A stretch of 64,000 bases of DNA from Candidatus Latescibacterota bacterium (GTDB lineage: Bacteria; Krumholzibacteriota; Krumholzibacteriia; WVZY01): the NCBI GenBank assembly GCA_963791045.1, contig CAWBQK010000017.1, positions 96,001 through 160,000 on the forward strand, written 5' to 3'. The number at the start of each line of letters is the position of its first letter. Positions within the stretch are counted from its first letter, which is position 1. Shown piece after piece: positions 30,721 through 39,641 of this stretch. Under the pieces are notes generated by a model. That model saw only the letters and a list, made by a program, of their open reading frames with translations. It was not told where the DNA came from and made no database searches. The translations under genes were made by a program, and so were the position numbers.

Positions 30721-31378
30721 CCGGCTCGTCGCCAGTCTGTTGGACGTCTTCATCAACGCCCGCCTCATTCGATTTCTTTTTCCTGTCATCCAAACGGCTT
30801 TTTACAATCGTCACAGCAAGAAGTGCGAGCGCGAGAGCCACGAGACTCCAGTTGGGGAGTCTGAGCATGTGGCCGAGGTAGGCGATCGCCCAGTAGCGGG
30901 GTGTGCGCCCCACAACCAGCGCGAGGAGATAACGTTTGAGGGGATACTTGTCGCCAAAACTCAGGAATTTGATCGGATAGAATGGAATTGGCGTGAGACC
31001 TACGACAACAAGGGCCCAAAAAGGAGATTTTCGGAACAGGACGACCGAACGTTGATAAAGGCTAAAGCTGGCATACTTGGAACGGATCCTCGGGTGGTGC
31101 ATCAGGGGGATAAAAAGCCAGTAATCCCAAATGCCGGCGATCAAGCACCCAATGACCGACGCGATGGCGCAGGCGGTCGCAGAATAATATTTGGCAAAAT
31201 ACAAGAGGACGGGTTCGTGCGAGAAGGGGGAGATAAACATGTGCGAGGGAATTGTGTAAAGCCCAAGCCACAACAACCCTCGTTCGGCGGGATACATAAG
31301 GGCGAAGAGGAGAGACGCAACCGCAAGGATCACGGCGCTTACTCCAAAACTGATCCAGCTATTTTTGCTTGATATCAC
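30671..31378 (-). CDS. DedA/VTT (SNARE-associated) family membrane protein
   Basis: Multiple TM helices; G...AG..DY, GLTPIPF.P.K, GRTPRY. Start is GTG 31378 or ATG 31420. Confidence 0.75.
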   Translation of the reverse strand: MISSKNSWISFGVSAVILAVASLLFALMYPAERGLLWLGLYTIPSHMFISPFSHEPVLLYFAKYYSATACAIASVIGCLIAGIWDYWLFIPLMHHPRIRSKYASFSLYQRSVVLFRKSPFWALVVVGLTPIPFYPIKFLSFGDKYPLKRYLLALVVGRTPRYWAIAYLGHMLRLPNWSLVALALALLAVTIVKSRLDDRKKKSNEAGVDEDVQQTGDEPVTASPRASARSTPSGK

Positions 31379-32399
31379 CGTTCGATTCCGTTGAAGGTTG
31401 GGTTGCGCGACGGCCGCCATTTCGTTTGGAGAATGGCAGGTGAACGGTGTTGTTCTTGATGCTTTTCAGAACGGCCTTCGCAACCGATGGGAAATCATTG
31501 TCGACTTTGGACGCGCGGTAAACGCAGAATACCGAACATCCTTTTTCGCACCCTTTCTTCAGATTTCTCTGCTCTTCGATGTCCGCCCGCGTGTATTCGA
31601 GGATCGGCTTGTTGAGTCGTCCGCGCTGTGACGCGCAGTACTGAGCCATGCCGAACTCGTCGATATAGATGTGACGAGCGCCCGCGCGGCAGTGCCAGTC
31701 GGGTGTTTTTCCCTCGAGAAGATCCTTCCCGTATTCGTACTCGATATACGAAATGACCTTCGAATTGTCATGGTGGTAGTCCCACAGATCGATATATTCC
31801 TGGCCGGAAATCACGGTCTCTCCCCGGTCGTCGTGGAGCAGGTTGACCGTGACGGGAATGTCCATGTTCTTTAGCTCGGTGACGATTTCCTTGAATTCCG
31901 GTTTTGATTCGTCGCAGAGAACGATGTTTGCGTGGACGCTGAAATCAGCTCGCCGCAGAAGGAGTTCGACCTTTTTCTGGACCGTCTTGAGCGATTTCTG
32001 GATGTACATGTTCTCTCGAGGCTTGAGAGTATCGATGCTGATCTGGAGGTGGCCGAGACGCGCCGCGTTCAAGCGGTCGATGATTTTCTCGCTGACGAGA
32101 AAACCGTTTGTAGTGAGTGACGTTTGCGACGCCCGGTTCGCGCGAACAACGATCTTGTCCACATCTTCGTGCAGAAGGGGCTCGCCGCCGAGCAGAGCGA
32201 TCTGTGCCACACCGAGGCGGTGCAGGGCATCGATCCATTGTTCGACCTGGGCGTACGGAATCGATTTCGAGTGATTATCGTATTCGGTGCAGTAGCCGCA
32301 GCTGAGATTGCAGCGCCGGGTGACGATGATCTGGGCTTCCAGGAAAGACTTCCGGATAAATATGTTGTTTAACATCCTCAACGGCGACGATATACGCAT
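31359..32399 (-). CDS. Radical SAM enzyme with C-terminal Cys-rich (twitch/SPASM-like) domain
   Basis: CNLSCGYC, GGEPLL, TTNG, ISID; C-terminal CRAG...YIDEFG..QYC...CEKGCSVFC. Confidence 0.9.
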   Translation of the reverse strand: MRISSPLRMLNNIFIRKSFLEAQIIVTRRCNLSCGYCTEYDNHSKSIPYAQVEQWIDALHRLGVAQIALLGGEPLLHEDVDKIVVRANRASQTSLTTNGFLVSEKIIDRLNAARLGHLQISIDTLKPRENMYIQKSLKTVQKKVELLLRRADFSVHANIVLCDESKPEFKEIVTELKNMDIPVTVNLLHDDRGETVISGQEYIDLWDYHHDNSKVISYIEYEYGKDLLEGKTPDWHCRAGARHIYIDEFGMAQYCASQRGRLNKPILEYTRADIEEQRNLKKGCEKGCSVFCVYRASKVDNDFPSVAKAVLKSIKNNTVHLPFSKRNGGRRATQPSTESNGDIKQK

Positions 32400-32712
32400 T
32401 CGATAACTCCACAGGAATAATAGTTGGGAAGAACATGAACGTATCCGGGAAGTTATGTAATTTCAAGTGAAAAGGCCAGTGTTTTGTCATTTTTTGGCTA
32501 GAATCGATTGTCGAAAATGGCCTAAGGTCTTCGTGGATTCGTGGATTCGGGTGTCGGGTGGGCCCGCCGAATGTTTGTGTGATTTTGTTGAATAAGAGAC
32601 ATTTGGGGTGGTATGTATACTAGTAATTGCGTTCGAAGCTCGTCGCGAAACAGCCACGGCGGACTGTCGCGACAGAAGCGATCACGAAAGTGGAGCTCCG
32701 AGGAGGTGCCAA

Positions 32713-33309
32713 ATGGCGGTCCAGATTTTCAAACCCAGTCCAGGCTATTTGCAGAAAATGATGCTCAATGTGACTCTCATCGCGGCAGCGGCCGCGGTTG
32801 GGGCAGGGCTTTTTGGTTGGCTCATCGGACTCGATGAAGGAGCGGACAAGGGAAGAATGGTGTCGATGATATTCTGGGCAATCATCGCCGTGTGGTGGCT
32901 CGGGGCGATGATACTAGTCCGACCGTATTTTAGAAGCCTCCAGTACGAGATACACGAGGATGAAGTCATCGTACGTGTTGGGATCTTTGTCAAGTCGGTT
33001 AAACATGTGCCGTACAGAACGGTGACGAACGTGACCGTCAAGCGCGACATTTTCGATCGGTGGTTCTTCGGTCTGGGAACGCTAAACATCCAAACAGCGG
33101 GCTTTAGTGGAAACAAGGGGGCGGAGGAGCGGTTGGTCGGATTGCCCAACGTCCAGGAAGTGTACGAATTGGTCGCCGGATCTCTCCGACGTTTCCGGGG
33201 AGGGATGAGCCCGACGCAGGCGGACGTTGATGGGGGTGACGGGATGGACGCGGGGGTACTGCGAGAGATTCTCAGCGAAATCAAGGCGATCCGGAAGGCC
33301 AAACAGTAG
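32713..33309 (+). CDS. Membrane-anchored bacterial PH-domain (bPH_2) protein
   Basis: Two TM helices then Y......V.V..GIF......VPY..V.NV...R..FDR.FGLG.L.IQTAG; GGAGG RBS. Confidence 0.8.
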   Translation: MAVQIFKPSPGYLQKMMLNVTLIAAAAAVGAGLFGWLIGLDEGADKGRMVSMIFWAIIAVWWLGAMILVRPYFRSLQYEIHEDEVIVRVGIFVKSVKHVPYRTVTNVTVKRDIFDRWFFGLGTLNIQTAGFSGNKGAEERLVGLPNVQEVYELVAGSLRRFRGGMSPTQADVDGGDGMDAGVLREILSEIKAIRKAKQ

Positions 33310-33339
33310 TCCGGTTTTTCGACGGCGCGACGGTCTCCG

Positions 33340-33370
33340 AAAGGTCTCCTCATACGGGGAGGCCTTTTTG
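33340..33370 (+). terminator. Intrinsic terminator
   Basis: AAAGGTCTCCT-catac-GGGGAGGCCTTTTT. Confidence 0.7.
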
Positions 33371-33505
33371 TATTTCATGACCGATGGTCTCAACACATAA
33401 ACGGCAATATGGTATTATCGTGAGAATCTCGCGTTCGCCCTGCGAATCAGCGAGATCGGTGCCTCAGCGTGACAAGATGGTTTGGCGCAAACCGGAGGAA
33501 TTGTA

Positions 33506-35167
33506 GTGACAAGAACGAAGTTATTGGGAGTCGCCGCGGTTATGGCCGTCGGACTGATCGTTTTATTGGCGTCGGTTGAAAATGCCCCGCCGTTTGATGC
33601 CGAGGCGATTCATTCGGCGGCGAGTCTCATTGGCCTGGAGTTTTCCCCGGCTGAGCGGGATTCGATGGTTGACGATCTTGTTGACAATCTCGAAAGCTAC
33701 ACAGAGTTGAGAAAAGTAAATATCGATAACGCCGTCCCACCCGCGTTTCAATTCAACCCCTTGCCGCGCGGTTGGCGTCCGGCGGTTGTGGAAAGCCGCG
33801 TCGACCTCTCTCCCGCTGGGATAACCAACCCTCCCGACGACATCGGCGAACTCGCGTTTTCTTCCGTTCGAGATTTGGGGGAATTGATCCGTACGAAAAA
33901 GATCAGCTCTGTCGAGTTGACCGAAATGTATCTCGATCGTTTGAAGAAGCACGGTGGCACGTTGGAGTGTGTGGTGACGCTAACCGAAGAACTCGCGCTC
34001 AGGCAGGCGCGCCGAGCCGATTCGGAGATCGCCGCGGGTCGATATCGAGGGCCGCTGCACGGGATTCCCTACGGCGCCAAGGATTTGCTGGCCGCGAAGA
34101 CCTACAAAACCACCTGGGGGGCAATGCCATACAAGGATCAGGTTTTCGACGAGGACGCGACGGTAATCAGAAAGCTTGAGGAGGCGGGCGCAATTCTGGT
34201 GGCCAAACTCACCCTGGGAGCGCTTGCGTGGGGTGATGTGTGGTATGGCGGCATGACCCGAAACCCGTGGAATCTCGAAGAAGGGTCGAGTGGCTCGTCG
34301 GCGGGCTCGGCATCGGCAACGGCCGCGGGGCTCGTCGCCTTCGCGATTGGCACCGAAACGTGGGGGTCTATCGTTTCGCCTTCGACGCGGTGCGGGACAA
34401 CGGGACTCCGGCCGACCTATGGCCGTGTGAGCCGTGCGGGCGCAATGGCGCTCAGCTGGTCGATGGACAAAATTGGCCCTATCTGCCGGAACGTGGAGGA
34501 CTGCGCCATTGTCTTTGATGCGATTCGCGGTGCGGATGGCGTCGATGAATCGGTGATCGAAGCGGGGTTCGAGTATGGTCCAGACGTCGATCTCAAGAGT
34601 CTCAGGATAGGATATATAAAAGAGTATTTTGAAGAGGACTATCCGAACAAAGAAGCGGACGCCGTTACTCTTGATGTTCTTCGCTCGCTCGGCGCCGATC
34701 TGATCCCTATTGAATTACCGGATTACCCCATCGGGTCGCTCGCCTTTATTCTCAGCGCGGAAGCGGCGGCGGCGTTCGATGACCTTACCCGGTCGAATCG
34801 GGATGATCTTCTCGTTCGCCAGATAAAAAACGCGTGGCCAAATGTGTTCCGTTCATCGCGGTTTATTCCGGCGGTCGAATATATTCAGGCCAACCGTGTC
34901 CGTCACATGGTCATCCAGGATATGCGCGAACTCATGGTCGGCATCGATGTATATGTTGCGCCGTCGTTCGGAGGAAGCAATCTTCTTCTTACCAACCTGA
35001 CCGGTCACCCGTGCGTTGTGCTTCCAAACGGTTTCAACGACGAGGGGAGCCCGGTGAGTGTGAGCTTCATCGGAGGGCTATTCGATGAAGGCACGTTGCT
35101 TGGTGTGGCCAAGGCATACCAGGACGCCACCGAATTTAACGGACGGCGCCCCGATGGTTTCGAATAA
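33506..35167 (+). CDS. Amidase signature family enzyme, exported
   Basis: GPLHGIPYGAKDL, GSSGSSAGS, IGTETWGSIVSP; N-terminal hydrophobic signal. Confidence 0.9.
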   Translation: MTRTKLLGVAAVMAVGLIVLLASVENAPPFDAEAIHSAASLIGLEFSPAERDSMVDDLVDNLESYTELRKVNIDNAVPPAFQFNPLPRGWRPAVVESRVDLSPAGITNPPDDIGELAFSSVRDLGELIRTKKISSVELTEMYLDRLKKHGGTLECVVTLTEELALRQARRADSEIAAGRYRGPLHGIPYGAKDLLAAKTYKTTWGAMPYKDQVFDEDATVIRKLEEAGAILVAKLTLGALAWGDVWYGGMTRNPWNLEEGSSGSSAGSASATAAGLVAFAIGTETWGSIVSPSTRCGTTGLRPTYGRVSRAGAMALSWSMDKIGPICRNVEDCAIVFDAIRGADGVDESVIEAGFEYGPDVDLKSLRIGYIKEYFEEDYPNKEADAVTLDVLRSLGADLIPIELPDYPIGSLAFILSAEAAAAFDDLTRSNRDDLLVRQIKNAWPNVFRSSRFIPAVEYIQANRVRHMVIQDMRELMVGIDVYVAPSFGGSNLLLTNLTGHPCVVLPNGFNDEGSPVSVSFIGGLFDEGTLLGVAKAYQDATEFNGRRPDGFE

Positions 35168-35200
35168 GACGGGTTACTGGCATTGCAAAGAGGAGAACGA

Positions 35201-35905
35201 ATGAACATTCAAGGGTCAAAAATATTGATAACGGGCGGTTCGCTGGGGATCGGTAAGGTGACGGCGAGGGTTCTGGTCGACGCCGGCGCATCCGTGGTTA
35301 TTACGGGCAGAGATGCGGAGCGAATTCAGGCGGCGGAGAAAGAGACCGGAGCCAGGGGCGTCGTCGCCGATGTTCGGAACAGCGCCGACATAGATAAAAC
35401 ATTCGATTTTGTCGGTGACACCCTCGGCGGTCTCGACTGTCTCATTAACAACGCTGGAATCGGTTCGCTCAAAAGACTGGGTGATGTCTCGATCGGTGAT
35501 TTCGAAAAAGTGTTCGAAACCAATGTGTACGGCGCCGCCTTGATGGCCCAACGTGCGGCGGAGATCTTTAAAGAACAAAAACGGGGCGATATCATAAATA
35601 TTGGATCGACGGCATCGCTCAAAGGGTACGAGCGCGGATCGGTGTATGTGGCCAGCAAGTTCGCGCTTCGCGGGATGACGATGTGCTGGCAGGCGGAACT
35701 GAGGAAGTACAATATTCGTGTCATGCTGGTCAATCCGAGCGAGGTTCCGACGGCGATTGCCAGTCGCGATCGGGTTGAAAGGACCGGCCCGCCCAACAAA
35801 CTCAGTTCGTTCGAGATCGCACACTCGATCAAGTCGGTTCTGGAGATGGACAACAGGGGGTTCATCCCCGAATTTTCCGTGTGGGCTACGAATCCGTGGT
35901 CCTGA
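35201..35905 (+). CDS. Short-chain dehydrogenase/reductase
   Basis: TGGSLGIG, NNAG, YVASK catalytic motif. Confidence 0.92.
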   Translation: MNIQGSKILITGGSLGIGKVTARVLVDAGASVVITGRDAERIQAAEKETGARGVVADVRNSADIDKTFDFVGDTLGGLDCLINNAGIGSLKRLGDVSIGDFEKVFETNVYGAALMAQRAAEIFKEQKRGDIINIGSTASLKGYERGSVYVASKFALRGMTMCWQAELRKYNIRVMLVNPSEVPTAIASRDRVERTGPPNKLSSFEIAHSIKSVLEMDNRGFIPEFSVWATNPWS

Positions 35906-35994
35906 TGAATGGACAGTAGTTTACGACTCGTGTAAAATCTTCGATATATGCGAGATCAGCGGGTGACGCGGGTTCAGAAAGAAAAGAGGCAGAA

Positions 35995-36472
35995 GTGACC
36001 GACAGACCGTCGTGGGATGACTATTTCATGGAAGTGGCCAATACGATTTCAAAGACGAGCCACGTGCGACCGGGGGAAGAGCGGTTGCGTGATAGCGAAG
36101 GACCGGCAGCTGATCGTGTCCGGGTATGTGGGGTCGCCGTCGGGTTTCGAACACTGTGACGAGGTGGGGCACCAGATCAAACGAGTGACCCATGAAAATG
36201 GAGAAGTCACAGAGCATTGCATGCGTACGGTTCACGCCGAACAGAACGCGATTTGCCAGGCAGCCCGGCTCGGCGTGTCTATCGCGGGGGCGACCGTGTA
36301 CACGAGAATGACTCCATGCCGAACATGCGCGATGCTGTTGATCAACTGTGGAATCAAACGTATTGTGTGCGAGAGGCGGTACCACAAAGGGGCGGAATCC
36401 GAAGAGATGTTTGCGCATGCGGGCATCGAACTCGAGTTTATGTTTGATGAAGTTCAACAGTACCCCAAATAG
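35995..36472 (+). CDS. dCMP/cytidine deaminase (ComEB-like), frameshift near 36053
   Basis: RPSWDDYFM then RATCDRG, HAEQNAI and PCRTC zinc motifs. Confidence 0.88.
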
Positions 36473-36574
36473 AATAAAATCGTATTTTGGTGAATATCGT
36501 TCGGTTAAAATTCGGAGTTGCCCGATGGAGTGTCAGACGACATTGCCGGGTGATCCGGTGAGGAAGGATTGGCG

Positions 36575-37504
36575 ATGAATTCTGGTAAGAAAGGAACGTC
36601 CGGGGCGGTTCTCCCGGGTGGTATTTATGCGGCCAGTTTGACGCCGCTCAAGGATGATCTGTCTATCGACCACGATCTGCTCGTGTCGCATTGCAAGCAC
36701 CTGCTCGATGACGGCTGCGACGGAATCGCACTTTTCGGTACGACGGGCGAATCGACGTCGTTCACCGTTGAAGAGAGAATTCGAACGCTCGATATCATTG
36801 TGGACGCGGGAGTGCCCGCCGATCGTCTTCTCGTTGGAACCGGGTGTACGGCGATCCCCGATACCGTGGCGCTGACGCGACACGCCGTGGAGATGGGCGC
36901 GGGAGGTGTTCTCGTTCTACCTCCTTTCTATTTTAAAAATGTCTCGGATGCCGGAGTGATTGCCTCGTACAAGGAGATCATCGAAAAGGTTGGAGACGCG
37001 CGTCTGAAGCTTTATCTCTATCATTTTCCGCAGATGTCGGGTGTGAGTTTGAGCCTCGACACGGTGCAGCGGCTCGTGGACGCGTACCCGGAAACGATCG
37101 TAGGGTTGAAGGATTCGAGCGGAAATTGGAACAATCTTCGGCTTCTCTGCGAGAGATTCTCCGACATTCAAATATTTCCCGGTACGGAGGTGTTTCTTCT
37201 GGACGTCCTCCGGCACGGTGGGGCTGGGTGCATTTCGGCGACATTCAACGTAACCGCGGCGAGGGGTGGGGAATTGTTCAAGGGATGGCGGAATGATGAT
37301 GCCGACAGAAAGCAAAACGAGCTGACGGCGATCCGGAGGATTTTTGAACGCTACCCAATTATTTCCGGTCTGAAGAGCACGTTGGCGCGTTTGAACGCAA
37401 AAGAAGGCTGGTTGAATTTGAGAGTCCCGCTCGATCGTCTGACGGATAGCGAAGGCACCGACCTTGCGGCTGCCCTCGAACCGTGGGGAATCGGGAGGTC
37501 ATAG
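36575..37504 (+). CDS. Dihydrodipicolinate synthase / class I aldolase family protein
   Basis: GTTGE, LPPFYFK, YHFP, GLKDSSG Schiff-base Lys. Confidence 0.88.
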   Translation: MNSGKKGTSGAVLPGGIYAASLTPLKDDLSIDHDLLVSHCKHLLDDGCDGIALFGTTGESTSFTVEERIRTLDIIVDAGVPADRLLVGTGCTAIPDTVALTRHAVEMGAGGVLVLPPFYFKNVSDAGVIASYKEIIEKVGDARLKLYLYHFPQMSGVSLSLDTVQRLVDAYPETIVGLKDSSGNWNNLRLLCERFSDIQIFPGTEVFLLDVLRHGGAGCISATFNVTAARGGELFKGWRNDDADRKQNELTAIRRIFERYPIISGLKSTLARLNAKEGWLNLRVPLDRLTDSEGTDLAAALEPWGIGRS

Positions 37505-37574
37505 TCGCCGCTCTCCTGCGGGGTAGGGCGCCGTGGCAACGGGTCGTTGGAGATGGAACAACGAATAGCGGTAT

Positions 37575-39641
37575 ATGAAAAAAAAGACGCAAATCTATAC
37601 GACCGGATGCCCCCGAAACTGTTACAGCACGTGTACCATGACCGTTCATGTCGAAGACGGTCGCCTCGTCAAAATAGAACCTCACCTCGGCAATAAGGCG
37701 ACTTTTGAGGGACCGTGCCTCAAAGGACTCGCCTATGTCGAACGCGCGCACTCGCCCGACCGGATACTCGATCCAGTCCTGAAAAACCCGAACAACGGAG
37801 AATTCAGAAAGATTTCCTGGGACGATGCTTTTGATCTAATCACCGGGAATCTGATCCGTCTTCGGAGTGAGTATGGTCCACAGAGCGTTCTGTATTACAA
37901 CGGTAGCGGGACAAAAGGGCTGTTGAACGGTGTCGGGATGTCCTTCTGGCGCTTGTTTGGCGGTTGTTCGACAACCTACGGAGATCTGTGCTGGCCGGCG
38001 GGGCTCGAAGCCACCAGGTTGATGCTCGGCGAAAACAAGCACAATGCCCCGTGGGATATCGCAAACGCGAAGCTCGTGATTCTTTGGGGAAAGAACACAG
38101 CCGAGACCAACATCCACCAGATGGTTTTTATAAACCAGGCGCTCGACAACGGCGCACGACTTGTTGTGATCGATCCGCGCCGGACGGAATCCTCCGAGCG
38201 CGCCGAGCTTCTCATCCAACCAAGACCCGGCTCGGACGGCGCCCTCGCGCTTGCGCTTGCGCGACTTGTGATAGAAAACGGCAATGTCGATCGGGCGTTT
38301 GTGGATGAGCACGTTTTGGGTTTTCCGGAATTTGAGCAAATGGTGGCGGATGCGACGCCGGAGTGGGCGGCGTCGATTACGGATGTGCCGGTGGAATATA
38401 TTCGCAGGTTGGCGGAATTCATCGGAACAATCAAGCCGGTGACAATAAATGCCGGTTTTGGAATGCAGCGCTATACCAACAGCGGCCAGACGATGCGGGC
38501 GATGATCGCTCTGCTCGCCCTCACCGGCAATGTTGGACGGCCGGGCGCCGGGTGGATCTTTGCAAACCTCCAAAGCCATATCTTCGACGACGTCAAAGAC
38601 CCGATTGCGTTCTACCCACCTGACGAGCCGGACGGTGTTGTTCGTGTTGGTGTGTCGACGAGTCGTCTCGGCCAGGACATATTGTCCGCCTCGGATCCGC
38701 CGCTGAAAATGATATGGGTCGAACGCGGTAATCCCGTCACGCAGAATCCCGAAACGAACACGGTGCTCAACGCGTTTCGTTCGCTTGACTTCCGGGTCGT
38801 GGTAGAACAGTTCATGACCGACACCGCCAGAGAAGCCGACCTCGTCCTGCCGGCAAAATCGATGTTCGAACAAACCGACGTGATCAATGCCTATTGGCAT
38901 CCTTATATCCAATTGAAACAAAAATCTTTTGATCCCCCGGGGAACGTGAAACCCGAAACGGAAATCTATTATCGCCTCGCACAACGGTTGGGGATCGATG
39001 AGAAAGTGGTAGCTGAAAACATCCCCGGCGCAACGGATGCGGATGTTGAAGCCTATCTCGAACGGCGGCTCGAGCCGTTTCCGGAACTGACACTCGAGCG
39101 TCTTCGTGAGGGGCCGATATTGGCGCCCGGGCATCAGGAAATCGCATTTTCCGATTTTGTATTTTCCACGCCGTCGGGAAAGATTGAACTCGTATCGCAG
39201 GAAGCGAAGGATCGCTGGGGAGTGGATCCGCTCCCGCGGTACAGCGAGCCGGTTGAGTCGATACGTACCGCCGGGGCGCGATCGGGACGCTACCCGCTCT
39301 ATTTTATGACGCCGAATACCAAGAACCGGATTCATTCCCAGTTCAACAATCTCGAGATGATCCGCAGGTTGAGCCCGGCGCCGTTTGTCGCGATTCACCC
39401 CGATGACGCAAGCGAGCGCGGAATCGACGCGGGATCACGCGCACGTGTGTTCAACGACCGCGGTTCGATTGAAGTCGATGTTCAGATCGATTTTGGTATC
39501 AAGCGGGGATGTGTGTCGGTAACAAACGGCTGGTGGATACAGGAAGGCGGGACGGTGAACTTTTGTTCGTTTGGGCGCGAAACCGACATGGCCCATGGAG
39601 CGGCTTTTCATGACAATCTGGTCGACGTAGAGCGGGTGTAA
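37575..39641 (+). CDS. Molybdopterin-dependent oxidoreductase catalytic subunit (DMSO reductase superfamily, no Tat signal)
   Basis: CPRNCYSTC...CLKG FeS motif, ISWDDA, VVIDPRRT, PRPGSD, FMTDTAREADLVLPA, IHSQF, IHPDDA.ERGI. Confidence 0.92.
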   Translation: MKKKTQIYTTGCPRNCYSTCTMTVHVEDGRLVKIEPHLGNKATFEGPCLKGLAYVERAHSPDRILDPVLKNPNNGEFRKISWDDAFDLITGNLIRLRSEYGPQSVLYYNGSGTKGLLNGVGMSFWRLFGGCSTTYGDLCWPAGLEATRLMLGENKHNAPWDIANAKLVILWGKNTAETNIHQMVFINQALDNGARLVVIDPRRTESSERAELLIQPRPGSDGALALALARLVIENGNVDRAFVDEHVLGFPEFEQMVADATPEWAASITDVPVEYIRRLAEFIGTIKPVTINAGFGMQRYTNSGQTMRAMIALLALTGNVGRPGAGWIFANLQSHIFDDVKDPIAFYPPDEPDGVVRVGVSTSRLGQDILSASDPPLKMIWVERGNPVTQNPETNTVLNAFRSLDFRVVVEQFMTDTAREADLVLPAKSMFEQTDVINAYWHPYIQLKQKSFDPPGNVKPETEIYYRLAQRLGIDEKVVAENIPGATDADVEAYLERRLEPFPELTLERLREGPILAPGHQEIAFSDFVFSTPSGKIELVSQEAKDRWGVDPLPRYSEPVESIRTAGARSGRYPLYFMTPNTKNRIHSQFNNLEMIRRLSPAPFVAIHPDDASERGIDAGSRARVFNDRGSIEVDVQIDFGIKRGCVSVTNGWWIQEGGTVNFCSFGRETDMAHGAAFHDNLVDVERV

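Noticed and set aside
33506-35167. Amidase as GatA
   Set aside because: It has an export signal, lacks neighbouring gatC/gatB, and has GTETWGS rather than the GatA-type G(S/T)DTGGS.
37836-39398. Long antisense ORFs (also 7311..8162, 13931..15109, 57715..58725, 62443..63750)
   Set aside because: These are shadows of well-supported genes in GC-rich DNA, with no motifs or RBS.
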